Virus record (IMG/VR): IMGVR_UViG_2645727901_000008
Origin: a virus
Taxonomy: Duplodnaviria; Heunggongvirae; Uroviricota; Caudoviricetes
DNA: 64,000 nt
Reading direction: 5' to 3' (one strand)
Below are positions 40,854 through 51,045 of this stretch, in pieces (the first letter of the stretch is position 1; each line of letters opens with the position of its first letter). A model generated the notes under the pieces. That model saw nothing but the letters and a program-made list of their open reading frames with translations, ran no database searches and was not told the DNA's origin. The position numbers and the translations under genes were made by a program.

Positions 40854-42074
40854 TTATTTCCCATAAAGATCTTCTACGCCCCCATTCTTCTTGTCCCATT
40901 CGTTAGCCCACACCCGGCAGGCATCAATAATTTCTTGACGACGGTCGCCCTGCATAAAGGGGATGCTTTCATGAAAACTACTTGGGATACAGGCCACGCT
41001 GAATACGGTATCAAACGCAGTCTGTTTGATAGCTTCCAACGTCTCTGGGCGCATTTTCAATTCATCGATCGGCGCATCCTTAGAGTCCATAATCCGGCGA
41101 TGCAGGCGCGGGAAATCAGTCTCCAGGTACGCCATAATTTTATCTGCCAGGCATTCGTCTATATCGGTATTCCAGTCCGTTTCGAAGCCGGGCAGGCGAT
41201 AGTAAAGCGGCGTTCCCCATACTGATGGGATCACATCCATCGTCAGCAGGCGGTTGGTTCTAATTTGTTGATGGTAATTAGCCGTCAACAGAGCTTCACC
41301 ACGCTGACCAGTCTCCGCAACCAGACCATGCGGGTACTCATGGATATAGGCAATAGCATCCACCCCGTCATACATGAGCGGGAATGTCTCTGGCCTTTGT
41401 CCCATACCACAAGCGCGGTTCAGATCATGACCAAGCTGTGAGCACTCTCGTTTCAGCGTTTCAATAATGTTCTGCGCTGTTGCTAACTTTTTACGCAGTG
41501 TGACGCCTTCGCCTTGATACTTAATGCATTGCTGATTCAGCTCTGTTAAACGCTCTTTTAGTTCCCGACGCTCTCTTTTCAGCGCACGGTTATCCTTCTC
41601 CGCAACATCCAGTCGTTTTGACAGACTGGCTGGATAGTCTTTTTTGTAACGACTCAAATCGGCTTCTGCGGATTTGCGCAGTGTGTTTGCCTGTTCAAGA
41701 CGCGCTTCCAGATTACCGATCTCACTACGCATATTCGCGGCAAATTGATTAACAGCATTGCCAAGACTTTCAACTGTCGCTGATACGCCTGTGACTTGTG
41801 AAAAACGGATCAAGCCATCATTAACGGCTTGTTGATATCCCTCAAACTGATCCACCAGCTTGTTGTAATCAACCGTCCCTTCCTCAAGTAGCTGGTTGAT
41901 CTCCGCGACCAGGTTATCAGTAGTGGCAATGACGCTCTCATGTAACCGTCTGGACAGGTCATCCCCCGGATTCCGCTTTTGAATAAGGGCGATCTGTGTC
42001 CGCAGCGTTTCAATCGCGGCTGAGATGATTTCCAGATTAGAAGTATCAGTTTGTTGACTCATTGCAGTTCCCAT
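40854..42074 (-). CDS. Hypothetical protein, N-terminal coiled coil plus a C-terminal globular domain
   Basis: Start taken at MGTAMSQQ (42074) or MSQQ (42062), because the longer track ORF runs through a 17-bp motif copy at 42086-42102. Confidence 0.4.
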   Translation of the reverse strand: MGTAMSQQTDTSNLEIISAAIETLRTQIALIQKRNPGDDLSRRLHESVIATTDNLVAEINQLLEEGTVDYNKLVDQFEGYQQAVNDGLIRFSQVTGVSATVESLGNAVNQFAANMRSEIGNLEARLEQANTLRKSAEADLSRYKKDYPASLSKRLDVAEKDNRALKRERRELKERLTELNQQCIKYQGEGVTLRKKLATAQNIIETLKRECSQLGHDLNRACGMGQRPETFPLMYDGVDAIAYIHEYPHGLVAETGQRGEALLTANYHQQIRTNRLLTMDVIPSVWGTPLYYRLPGFETDWNTDIDECLADKIMAYLETDFPRLHRRIMDSKDAPIDELKMRPETLEAIKQTAFDTVFSVACIPSSFHESIPFMQGDRRQEIIDACRVWANEWDKKNGGVEDLYGK

Positions 42075-42085
42075 TGTTTTTTGCA

Positions 42086-42102
42086 AGATTAGTTTTCTAA
42101 CA
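42086..42102 (-). promoter_or_regulatory. 17-bp motif copy upstream of the coiled-coil gene
   Basis: Minus strand TGTTAGAAAACTAATCT. Confidence 0.45.
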
Positions 42103-42177
42103 TATTTTATTAGTATGAGAACAAGAGCGAAAGATGTGATAAACAAAAAACCCGCTAATCGGCGGGTTTTTGAGCGG

Positions 42178-42492
42178 TTATTGTGTCATTGCCTGGTAGA
42201 TAAAATACACGATGCATACCGGTACGATAGCCCATTGCAGCAATGAAAGCAGCCTCATGGCTGTCATGGGAGTAACTCCATCTACGTATTCCTTCTCTGA
42301 CATTTTCCCTAACCAACTAACCGACAAAAGGGTCGAGTTCTCCCCCATTTCCAGCTCCCTGAGGGCTTCCCGGATTAAAGGCGCTGTTACCACCTTGCGG
42401 GCAGTGTTGAGCGTAATGCTCCGCGTCCTCCCGGCGTCATCGGCAAACGCCAGGTTCACATGATATTTTTTGCTCAATGTACAAACTCCCAA
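42178..42492 (-). CDS. Hypothetical protein with a C-terminal TM helix
   Basis: 104 aa ending LLQWAIVPVCIVYFIYQAMTQ. Start uncertain (TTG at 42492 or an internal GTG). Confidence 0.3.
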   Translation of the reverse strand: MGVCTLSKKYHVNLAFADDAGRTRSITLNTARKVVTAPLIREALRELEMGENSTLLSVSWLGKMSEKEYVDGVTPMTAMRLLSLLQWAIVPVCIVYFIYQAMTQ

Positions 42493-42674
42493 TCATTGGC
42501 TTTCGCGCTTTCCGGGGTAATGCATACCTTGTCGCCGGTAACTATGTTTCGGGCTTCTAATGCCCCATCATCCATCTTTTTAAGCTCTATACAGAAAGAA
42601 TGAGGCCATGAGCAGCGACGAGCAACAACGTTAGCACCAGCAGGGATAAGTTCAGCCACGTTAAGTAAACGCAA
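42474..42674 (-). CDS. Short DUF2829-like protein
   Basis: 66 aa: ..ANVVARRCSWPHSFCIEL..PESAKANDWEFVH. Same R(R)xxW...DW-x-V pattern as the other copies, but the weakest of the five. Confidence 0.35.
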   Translation of the reverse strand: MRLLNVAELIPAGANVVARRCSWPHSFCIELKKMDDGALEARNIVTGDKVCITPESAKANDWEFVH

Positions 42675-42688
42675 AACGATTTCTCCGT

Positions 42689-43135
42689 TTAATCAAGACA
42701 AACATATTCCGTGATAGCTTTTATGGCTTCATCGGCACTGCGCGCCTCAAAGCAGTAATAGCCTGCTTCCGTGAGGCGAGTCATCCAGACGAGCTGTTCG
42801 GGAGTCAGACGGTTTCTCCCGTGCTTCATCTCAATGCGCATTCCGTGATACCCACCACGAGCAAGGTCAATAGAAAGGTCCGGATAGCCCTTCTTCTGAC
42901 CTTCTGCCACCATCTTAATGGCTGTCCTTTTGCCTCTCAGGCCGCCGTTCGGTGTTGAGTGTGTGTGCTCATACACGTATCGCATGTTGCGATACAGCCA
43001 ATCCAGAACGCGAACCTGTTCGTAATGTTCGTAATTCCGTTTTAATAAGTCAGGATTTCTTTCTAACTCTCTCAGTGCAGCAGCGTGCGGGGATATTTCA
43101 GAATACGCACTATGATGCCTGCGTCTTCGCATCAA
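42689..43135 (-). CDS. VRR-NUC domain nuclease
   Basis: EQVRVLDWL..GYPDLSIDLARGGYHGMRIEMKHG (PD-(D/E)xK, VRR-NUC layout). Confidence 0.6.
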   Translation of the reverse strand: MMRRRRHHSAYSEISPHAAALRELERNPDLLKRNYEHYEQVRVLDWLYRNMRYVYEHTHSTPNGGLRGKRTAIKMVAEGQKKGYPDLSIDLARGGYHGMRIEMKHGRNRLTPEQLVWMTRLTEAGYYCFEARSADEAIKAITEYVCLD

Positions 43136-43145
43136 ATTTCTAACA
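43129..43145 (-). promoter_or_regulatory. 17-bp motif copy overlapping the VRR-NUC start codon
   Basis: Minus strand TGTTAGAAATTTGATGC. Minus-strand TTGATA-16-TATTAT promoter about 40 nt upstream. Confidence 0.45.
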
Positions 43146-43320
43146 CAAACTTACTGAATTCATGAACACGATAATAACAAGAGCGTTAGTTTTATCAAAC
43201 CGAGGGGAATACTACTGAAGAGATAGGCGGATGCAACAGGTCGGACTTGTTTTTAGAGTAAATGGTGATGCGGGTCAACAAGCCGGGTAAATTGTATGTC
43301 ATTTACCCAACTTGTTATTT

Positions 43321-43581
43321 TTAATGGTTTATTTTATCAGGTTCGTTAATTTCCGTAACCGCCTTGTCGATAGCAATCATCCATCCTTCATAGGATAAAT
43401 CATCAACAAGTCCCACCAGCTTATCGTCAGTGTGCGGAAAATAAATCCATCCCCATTTCGAAGGGTTTCCTATATGCCGCAGGGTAAATACCCGCTTATA
43501 ACGGTGGTATTCAAGGGCGTATCCCTTCCCTTGTGAGTACGCTTTTAAGTCGTCGATCGTAAACCTACGATTCTTCCGCAT
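43321..43581 (-). CDS. Hypothetical protein
   Basis: 86-aa ORF, 2 nt after the upstream stop. Confidence 0.3.
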   Translation of the reverse strand: MRKNRRFTIDDLKAYSQGKGYALEYHRYKRVFTLRHIGNPSKWGWIYFPHTDDKLVGLVDDLSYEGWMIAIDKAVTEINEPDKINH

Positions 43582-43583
43582 GG

Positions 43584-44018
43584 CTACCCCACGATTCGAT
43601 ATTTCTCTATAGACTCGTCGTAACTTGTGTATACGTATGGCTCTGTATCATCAGCATAAGGCGCGACTTCCAGAGCATGAACGGGATTGTATACCGCGTC
43701 ATTTTCCAGGCGATCGCTCGAATACAGATGCCCGGCTAAAACCGTAAGCGCCGGGCGACTCATTTTGTAGATTTCTGCCACATCACTATCTACAACTTGT
43801 CCAAATGATATGTCGCCACGCTCCAGCAATAACGTTTTAAGCGCAGGCCACCACGGCCCATAAAGATGATAAAGCTGTGGATCTCTTTTCAGCCTTTCCG
43901 CCATGCCATCCAGATATGCATCCAGAAACGCCTCTTCACTCCTGCCATTGAGCGCCTGCGGCAAAATGTCCTCAAGGTAGGATTCCGTCGGTTTTACAGT
44001 GTCAATTAATGTCGTCAT
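43584..44018 (-). CDS. Hypothetical protein downstream of darB
   Basis: 144-aa ORF after the intercistronic hairpin CGGCCCC-AACC-GGGGCCG. Confidence 0.3.
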   Translation of the reverse strand: MTTLIDTVKPTESYLEDILPQALNGRSEEAFLDAYLDGMAERLKRDPQLYHLYGPWWPALKTLLLERGDISFGQVVDSDVAEIYKMSRPALTVLAGHLYSSDRLENDAVYNPVHALEVAPYADDTEPYVYTSYDESIEKYRIVG

Positions 44019-44054
44019 TCAAATTCGGCCCCGGTTGGGGCCGCTCCTTATCTG

Positions 44055-47000
44055 TTAGGCCGCATCGGCGATTATTTTACGCAATTCATCTACCGAGTAA
44101 CGCGTAGATACCATCCATGCAGGACGGTCAAAGTTCACATCAGCAACCGGGTTTGCTTCAAAATTCCAGAAACGCCCGCCAATCTTCTTAATCGCGTCTT
44201 TGGCGTTCCGTATTGTCGAGGAACCAGGTTGGTCGGCAATGAGATAAACCGCACCGACGTCCTCGCTGACACTCCACCAGCGCCCGCGAACACGCGCCTT
44301 AGCGCGAATCGGCTTATCATTAACCACAATGATATAGTCATCATTCGCCGCTTCATCAGCTCTGGCTTCAGCCACTGCCGCCTGCTCTTCTCTTTTGCTT
44401 TCAGCCTGTTCAAGCCTTTCCGCGATCTCTGATTCGGTGGCCCCGCCGTTTTTCAGCGATACATAGTCTTGCCACGTTGCTGATTTGAGCGCATCCGGCA
44501 ACTCATTCACATAGTCACCGTCTTTCAACTCACGGGCGCGGCGGGTAGCCATTTCTACCAGGCGATTAACAGAAACAGCATCAGCAAAATCGTCCTTACT
44601 AATGTGTTTTTCATCAAATGCATTGATGACAGCCCCCACCTTAATCCACTGCGCTGCTGGCGAATCCAGAGGATTATCGGCCTGAACAATGGCTAATTTC
44701 GCTCCATCGACACCATTATTAGCCAGCTGCTCCAATGCCGACCAGCCATCGGCATCGCTGAGTGATTTATATTGCTCAAACAATGCATCGCGCCAGGCCA
44801 CCAGCGCAGCTCGTGTTTTCTCAATTTTCGCCGTAATTTTCGCGGCCTTCACCTGATTAAACATCCGTTCAATGTCATCAGTGTTGCTAAAGGCTTTCAT
44901 CCTGCCCTGGAATAAACGGTATGCCACCACGGTCTTCCAGAAAGATTCCAGCCCTTCTCCGGACGGTTTACGGAACAGGCTAAGAATATCTTCAGAAGTA
45001 ACTTTATTAAGTGAGCGACCGGACAAACCACGCCCTGCCATCCAGTTTTCAAACTCCTGGGAAACATCATCCATCGTGGCCTGTGACCCCCATGCCTGCA
45101 TTCCCTGGATGTAATCATATCCATACAATGCCTGGAGGAATCCCTCGCCGTCCACGACATTCAGCGGGTTATCACTGGCTTGTATTTTTGCCACTTCACG
45201 CTTCAGCGCCTCATCGTTGCCATCAGGGTAAATCCACCGCTCAGGCGCTATATCCGATGCTCGCCCGATTTTTTGACCTATTACGCCATCATAAGCCGAT
45301 GACAGTGCAATCTGACCATCATCGGTGCGATAAGCCCAGTATTTAATAGCTGAACCACCGCCCCATACTCTACTAGGCTTCCCGGCAGTGACATTCATTA
45401 CCCCATTGCGAATAGCATCATAGAACTGATCGCGCGTAAGTGTTGTTGATAGCTGGTGGCATTGAACACCACGTGCAGCTGTTTCACGCGATTCTGCAAC
45501 TCCCTCTTCAAAGGTTACCGATTCAATTATCAGGTTAAAGGGCAAAAATAATGCCGTCCCCGGAGAACGAGAGTAACGACTAGCCACATCCAGCCAGGAT
45601 ATGCGGCACGTACACCCGCCCCTTTCCGCATCAATGGCGGTAACACGAACAATTGCTGTCGTATTGTGATTCTCATCGATGATCGCGCGATAATGGCTGC
45701 CCTTGTGCAACAAGATATTTTTCTCAGTGCGTACATACTCCTGTGGGTTCTGCAATACATCGGCATCAAGCTCCAGAACCCCGGCTTTAATCGCACGTTC
45801 CAGATCACCACGAGAACGTTTCATAACGGTGTCAGCGTCTTTAGCTCTGGTGATCGCAAAGCGTAGCTCCCGCACACGTTTTCTGTAGTCTCGCAACTGT
45901 TCCAGAACATATTTCTGCCCGTTCCTGTTCGTCCCCGCTTTAATCAGGTCGTCAAGATTGCGCTGGTAATGCTCTACCTGCTCCATCGCGCTTTTCAGTT
46001 CTGTCTCCATCATGCCGATATCTTTCCCGGCAGCATTCGCCGCTTTCAGGTAGTTATCGAGAGCATTATTGGCTTCGCGTAGGGCTTTCAGTTTCAGACG
46101 TTCTTCACGCTCTTGCGCCTGACGACTCATGATTGCACGGCGTTCTTCCGGATTTGCCGCCAGCATAATGGCGCGTTCATCTGCGTCATCCGCATCACCA
46201 TTGGCGATCTCTGACATGTCGGAGGTCATCACCATATTGATCCAGTCCTTCTTACGTTTCAGCGTATCCAGACGGAAGTCATCAAATGTGCCTTTGCCAC
46301 AATAGTAGTGAACATTGACCTTTTCTTGTGGTGAGCCTACCCGAGCGCCGCGCCCATTACGTTGGTCGATACTGGCAGGAGTCCAGGGTAGTGTCAGATG
46401 GTGGATATCGGTTGTCCCGATGTGCAAGTTAATACCTACTTCAGCCTTCTTGTTACAGATTATGATGCGCGTGCGACCTTCGTTATAGTCGGCGGCAATA
46501 CCTTCCATGCCCTCAAGGCCAGCATCATTTTTAGCTGAGAGATAATCCTCATATTGGGCAAGTTTGCTGTAGTAGGTTTCCCATGCACCTTCTTTGTATT
46601 CACCGTTTTTATTTGGCGTAGGTTCAGTCGGCTTATTCACCTTCTTCAGCTTGACGCCGCCAGCCTGGCTAACTGTCGTCGCATTGATAATGCCTATCTC
46701 CTGCTCCGGCATTTGCAGTGCACTGGCAATAATACGGCGCAGCTTCTGGTGCTGGGCTTTTTCATCAATGAAGACGATTTGTTTACCGTTCTTCAGACCT
46801 TCACGAAGGTTTTCGATCAGCGCGGCATACTTCGGCGGGATGGGGTGTGATACCTGCTGCATATCAATACCGGCAGCCGCAATGGCCTTCAGTATTTCAG
46901 CTTCCAGTTCAATGCCAGCACGTATTTCAACATGCGACGGATGTTCGCTAAAGGTGGTCTTCACTACCTTGCTGGCACGCGTACTGACCAGCCCACCAGC

Positions 47001-50000
47001 GCCATCTTCTTCGGCCTCGTCTACATCATCTGCCACTTTACCGCCAGCTACTTTTGGCAGGGCATCAGCAATAGCTTTTACCTTGTCTGCAAGCTCAACG
47101 GGGAACTGGAATGTAATCGCACTGGCATACAGATCAGGATCTATAGCAACCTTATCCATGTCGCGGATGATGGAGAAGATGAAATCATCCGGTTTTTCGT
47201 TTGTGATATGCCCGTTTTCATCGACCGTCAGCGCATCTTTACTACTTAACTCCTGTGCACGCTTACGAAGTTCTTCGTAAATGGCCTCTTGCTCTCCTGT
47301 CATCGGGATCTGCAAGGTATTCTCGACAATATCAGGGATTTTTACCGTCGCCCCGACGTCCGCAGCAGTCTTCAGAGTAGTCCAGCGATGGAAAATACCA
47401 CGCAGACCATCCAGGTTCTGGAAGCCCACCAGTCCCTGCTTCTCTTCCACCTCACCGGAAATTTTCTGAACCTGAACTGTGGCTGTTTTACCGAACACGC
47501 GAACGAAATCATCCGGCGTAACAATACCCATGCGCATCCACTCTTCCTGCGGAATGACAGTAGACAGCATGTTGAAAGCATCAATCGGGCTGTTCACCAG
47601 CGGTGTTGCCGTCAGCATAACCACACCACGCCCGTTGTTGCGTTTCATCATGTACGCAGCTTTTACAGCCATGTCGCGGGCCATTTTGGATACTGCCGGG
47701 TTAGGCAAATATGCCAGTTGCCCCGCTTCGCGCCCGGCGCTAAAGGAGTTGCGGTAGTTATGCCCTTCGTCGGCAATTACGCTATCGAAGTTCATATCCT
47801 CAAAGTACGGGATATTCTGCTTCTTCGTTGTACCGGTATTTGCGGCCTGGTCCTTAATCTTGTTCTTCTTCTGCGCGTCACGGTGTTTGCCAGATGCCAG
47901 GTCAAGACGCCCCATTTCCACAGCATTAAAGACCGCTTGCTGTGAGTTTTCCTCAATGGTTTCTTCTCGTAGCGGGATAGACGCGAATTGCTCTTTTGTC
48001 ATGATGACCGTTCGCCAATTTGACGACGGGATCATGTTCATGCGCTGAACGATAACGGCGCTGGCGGACTCTTTCACAACATTTCTGGTAAGAGCCTGCC
48101 CGTTACTGTCGAGGCGTGGTTCGCCATTTTCATCAAGCACCGGCGCGGTCAGAATATTTCCGCTGTCATCACGAACTTCATCCAAACCGATAAACATCAT
48201 ATTGGCGAAGGCATCAGAACTGTAGAAACTCTGTGCCTCGTGATACCAGTTCTGATAAACCGCCTTCGGAACAACAATACACGTGCGTTTAGTGCGACCT
48301 GTTTCGAAGTTATACGCCTCAAGCGCAAGCGCGGTCGTGGTTTTACCCAGCCCGGTGCCAAATCCCATGATGCCGCGCCCATCTTCTGATAAGCGACGAA
48401 CTTCTTCATTCTGATAAGTCAGAGGAATGCGCTTCCCACTAATCCCCTCCAGGCCAAGCGGTGCGTCAGAATGCGTAAACGGGATGAAGCCATTAAATGC
48501 GTCGTTATAGTCGCGGGCTATCTGATCAGCCTGCGGGTGAGTGCGTAACCAGTCGTTGAAGCTAATTTCCAGTTGAGCAATCTTATCCAGGTACTCGTTA
48601 GCGTTCTGCCCACGCGGTTTAATGCCGTTCAGGTAGTTTTCTAACTGGTTCAGGAAGCCGTCTTTATTGTTGGCCTTCTTGAACTCATTCCCGTTTTTGC
48701 CGTTTACGGTTCGTAGTTGATAGCCAGTAAATACCCCGTCCTTACCTTCGTAATCGTCCGGAGATACCAGAATGCCGTCCTCAACCTTAAGGTCGGGTTC
48801 TGTATACTTAAACTCGTCATAGCCCTGCTCTGCCAGGAACTCTTTTATCAAGCGGCGATCCAGCCAGCGGGCGTTCAGATTAACGGTGACTTTATTTAGT
48901 GGCGTGAAAATGCGTTTCTCTTCGATTTTCGCCAACTGACGCTCAAAGTTCGCTTTCTGCTCACCTGTTGACGCATCACGCCAGCCCACCAGCAATGCTG
49001 TTTTGGTTGCAATATCGCCGCTGGTGGCGCGGTCCATCGGCAGCAGGCAGCCATACCCATCAATAGCGATATCATCAAATTTCGCCAGGTATTCCAGAGC
49101 AGCATCGTCGTCTCCTGGCAGTTCGCCAGCAAACGCCTCACGAAAATCGTCCAGTGTGATTGGATTAAGTGCCACGTCACTGAAAAGGTGGGTTACAACT
49201 TGTTCCGGGCGTGTAAAGTCAATACCGGCAGCACCATCCGTTACATCAAGTCGTCCAGCAAGGAGGTCAGAAGCAGAGCCGTCCTGTTTCACGTTGCCAG
49301 TGAAAGTCATCCAGTTTTTAGCGCCAGCTTCAGCAATCCCATTCAGCTTAATCGCGTGCGGCGGACCATACTTCGCAATTTCGGCTTCCGCCAGGCGCGC
49401 GGCATCAGCAAGTACATCATCAACATTTTCCCCCAGATTACGCTTATCAAGCGCCTTGTTGATCAACTGCCCTATCAGTGCGCCGCGCATAACGCGTTCT
49501 CTGTCTTTTTCTCTCTGCTTGCCAGCAAAGCGAATCATTGCCGCTACTTCATCACTGATAACCGATGGATAGTCGGACGCGATCGCCGATATCTGGTCCC
49601 ATGACAACGCCAGAATGCCATTTGTTGACTGAAACGCGATCTGCAGATCACCAAACGTCGTAACACCATATCGATTTACATCAAGCGCGGAGGATTTGGT
49701 TGTCGCGTCCTTGACCCATTTCAGACCATCAAACTCATGCCAGATGCCGCCTACAAGGCGTTTATCGCCCACTTTCGCGCCCTGCCATGCCTGAGTAGTT
49801 ACGCCAAGCAAATCCCAATTAATGCGGCTTTCAAAGCGGCGCGATAGAGCGGTTTTCATCGACTCATTGGATACACGACCGTCCTTTTTCACCACCAGGG
49901 TATTGCGGAAGCTGGTACGCTCCATATCGCCGTAAACAAATCGCTTCCCTTCGGTTGTAAACCATTTTCCTTTGAGGAAGGTATCCCAAAGGACGTTTGC

Positions 50001-50894
50001 CGATTTGAGCGTTGCATCATCCGTGTCGGGGATCATCTCCAGGAAGGTTTCCGGGTGTTTACGCAATACCCATACGTCCACCACGGTATCTGTACCGGAT
50101 TCGCTGAACGTACCAGAAGGCATACGATGTGCGCCCAAAAATTCCGCTTTACGGCTGACTTTATCGCGCAATTTTTTGTATTTCGTACCATCGGTCATGC
50201 CATTCGGCACCACCAATACAATTAGTCCACCAGGTTTAACCTTGTCGATCGTGCGCAACACAAAGTAATTGCCAACGTTCTTCTCGTTTGCATATGCCGG
50301 ATCAAGCCCGGCAACGCCGGAACGCCCTTCACCAAACGGTACGTTACCAACAGCGTGGTCATACATTGCGTCTTTCGCCGCCAGCGCCTCAAACGCCCCG
50401 ATATTCACATCGTCTTCCGGGTGCAAAAGCTGGTTTATTCGACCGGAAATCGGAGACAGTTCGGCGCTGGTCATTATCATGCCCTGCCGTTTTGTCTCCT
50501 GGAAAATACCTGTGCCCGCTGATGGTTCCAGTACGTGCCCACCATCAATACCGTAGTCAGCAAACAGATCCCATATACCTTCAGCCATAAACTGTGGCGT
50601 GTAGTATTCGTATTGGCTGCCCTCACCATCTGTCAGGCCGCCTTCACCGGTATACCCGGCAAGAATCTGACGTTGTTCGTCAGTTAATTTCGCCCCATCG
50701 AAGCCGGGCGGAAGGGAATTAAGAAGATTTACTGCGGCATTGTTTGCTGCCCGGCGTGTTTTCTGAATACTGACGCCATCGGCTTTCCTGACGCCAAAGG
50801 TCGCAACAGCACGTAATTTATGCAACCGACTAACAATTTCAATCAGTTCGCCTAAGCTGGAGGCTTCACTGATTGAATGAAGTAGTTTGTCCAA
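44055..50894 (-). CDS. darB: DarB-like antirestriction protein (N6-methyltransferase plus helicase fusion)
   Basis: 2279 aa (I recall P1 DarB as ~2255 aa). GNVPFG methylase motif IV. Helicase motif I GFGTGLGKTTTALAL and motif II VIADEGHNYRN. Confidence 0.8.
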   Translation of the reverse strand: MDKLLHSISEASSLGELIEIVSRLHKLRAVATFGVRKADGVSIQKTRRAANNAAVNLLNSLPPGFDGAKLTDEQRQILAGYTGEGGLTDGEGSQYEYYTPQFMAEGIWDLFADYGIDGGHVLEPSAGTGIFQETKRQGMIMTSAELSPISGRINQLLHPEDDVNIGAFEALAAKDAMYDHAVGNVPFGEGRSGVAGLDPAYANEKNVGNYFVLRTIDKVKPGGLIVLVVPNGMTDGTKYKKLRDKVSRKAEFLGAHRMPSGTFSESGTDTVVDVWVLRKHPETFLEMIPDTDDATLKSANVLWDTFLKGKWFTTEGKRFVYGDMERTSFRNTLVVKKDGRVSNESMKTALSRRFESRINWDLLGVTTQAWQGAKVGDKRLVGGIWHEFDGLKWVKDATTKSSALDVNRYGVTTFGDLQIAFQSTNGILALSWDQISAIASDYPSVISDEVAAMIRFAGKQREKDRERVMRGALIGQLINKALDKRNLGENVDDVLADAARLAEAEIAKYGPPHAIKLNGIAEAGAKNWMTFTGNVKQDGSASDLLAGRLDVTDGAAGIDFTRPEQVVTHLFSDVALNPITLDDFREAFAGELPGDDDAALEYLAKFDDIAIDGYGCLLPMDRATSGDIATKTALLVGWRDASTGEQKANFERQLAKIEEKRIFTPLNKVTVNLNARWLDRRLIKEFLAEQGYDEFKYTEPDLKVEDGILVSPDDYEGKDGVFTGYQLRTVNGKNGNEFKKANNKDGFLNQLENYLNGIKPRGQNANEYLDKIAQLEISFNDWLRTHPQADQIARDYNDAFNGFIPFTHSDAPLGLEGISGKRIPLTYQNEEVRRLSEDGRGIMGFGTGLGKTTTALALEAYNFETGRTKRTCIVVPKAVYQNWYHEAQSFYSSDAFANMMFIGLDEVRDDSGNILTAPVLDENGEPRLDSNGQALTRNVVKESASAVIVQRMNMIPSSNWRTVIMTKEQFASIPLREETIEENSQQAVFNAVEMGRLDLASGKHRDAQKKNKIKDQAANTGTTKKQNIPYFEDMNFDSVIADEGHNYRNSFSAGREAGQLAYLPNPAVSKMARDMAVKAAYMMKRNNGRGVVMLTATPLVNSPIDAFNMLSTVIPQEEWMRMGIVTPDDFVRVFGKTATVQVQKISGEVEEKQGLVGFQNLDGLRGIFHRWTTLKTAADVGATVKIPDIVENTLQIPMTGEQEAIYEELRKRAQELSSKDALTVDENGHITNEKPDDFIFSIIRDMDKVAIDPDLYASAITFQFPVELADKVKAIADALPKVAGGKVADDVDEAEEDGAGGLVSTRASKVVKTTFSEHPSHVEIRAGIELEAEILKAIAAAGIDMQQVSHPIPPKYAALIENLREGLKNGKQIVFIDEKAQHQKLRRIIASALQMPEQEIGIINATTVSQAGGVKLKKVNKPTEPTPNKNGEYKEGAWETYYSKLAQYEDYLSAKNDAGLEGMEGIAADYNEGRTRIIICNKKAEVGINLHIGTTDIHHLTLPWTPASIDQRNGRGARVGSPQEKVNVHYYCGKGTFDDFRLDTLKRKKDWINMVMTSDMSEIANGDADDADERAIMLAANPEERRAIMSRQAQEREERLKLKALREANNALDNYLKAANAAGKDIGMMETELKSAMEQVEHYQRNLDDLIKAGTNRNGQKYVLEQLRDYRKRVRELRFAITRAKDADTVMKRSRGDLERAIKAGVLELDADVLQNPQEYVRTEKNILLHKGSHYRAIIDENHNTTAIVRVTAIDAERGGCTCRISWLDVASRYSRSPGTALFLPFNLIIESVTFEEGVAESRETAARGVQCHQLSTTLTRDQFYDAIRNGVMNVTAGKPSRVWGGGSAIKYWAYRTDDGQIALSSAYDGVIGQKIGRASDIAPERWIYPDGNDEALKREVAKIQASDNPLNVVDGEGFLQALYGYDYIQGMQAWGSQATMDDVSQEFENWMAGRGLSGRSLNKVTSEDILSLFRKPSGEGLESFWKTVVAYRLFQGRMKAFSNTDDIERMFNQVKAAKITAKIEKTRAALVAWRDALFEQYKSLSDADGWSALEQLANNGVDGAKLAIVQADNPLDSPAAQWIKVGAVINAFDEKHISKDDFADAVSVNRLVEMATRRARELKDGDYVNELPDALKSATWQDYVSLKNGGATESEIAERLEQAESKREEQAAVAEARADEAANDDYIIVVNDKPIRAKARVRGRWWSVSEDVGAVYLIADQPGSSTIRNAKDAIKKIGGRFWNFEANPVADVNFDRPAWMVSTRYSVDELRKIIADAA

Positions 50895-51045
50895 AGGATT
50901 TCCCCCTCTAAACCGTAAAAAATTCCGCTATGCGGTACGGTTGAGAGGGTATGGAGAATGTTATTTTCAGGGGGACGATACTACCGTCAAAATCACATAC
51001 TCCCCATAGTTTGCCTACTTATTAACCCATGACCGGGAGAAAAAT

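Noticed and set aside
44135-50590. Many 60-230-aa ORFs on the plus strand or in alternative minus frames within darB (e.g. 46594-47280, 47289-47945, 49003-49572)
   Set aside because: All are nested in or antisense to the uninterrupted 2279-codon darB frame, which carries clear methylase and helicase motifs. They show the low-complexity Ser/Arg/Ala composition of antisense frames.
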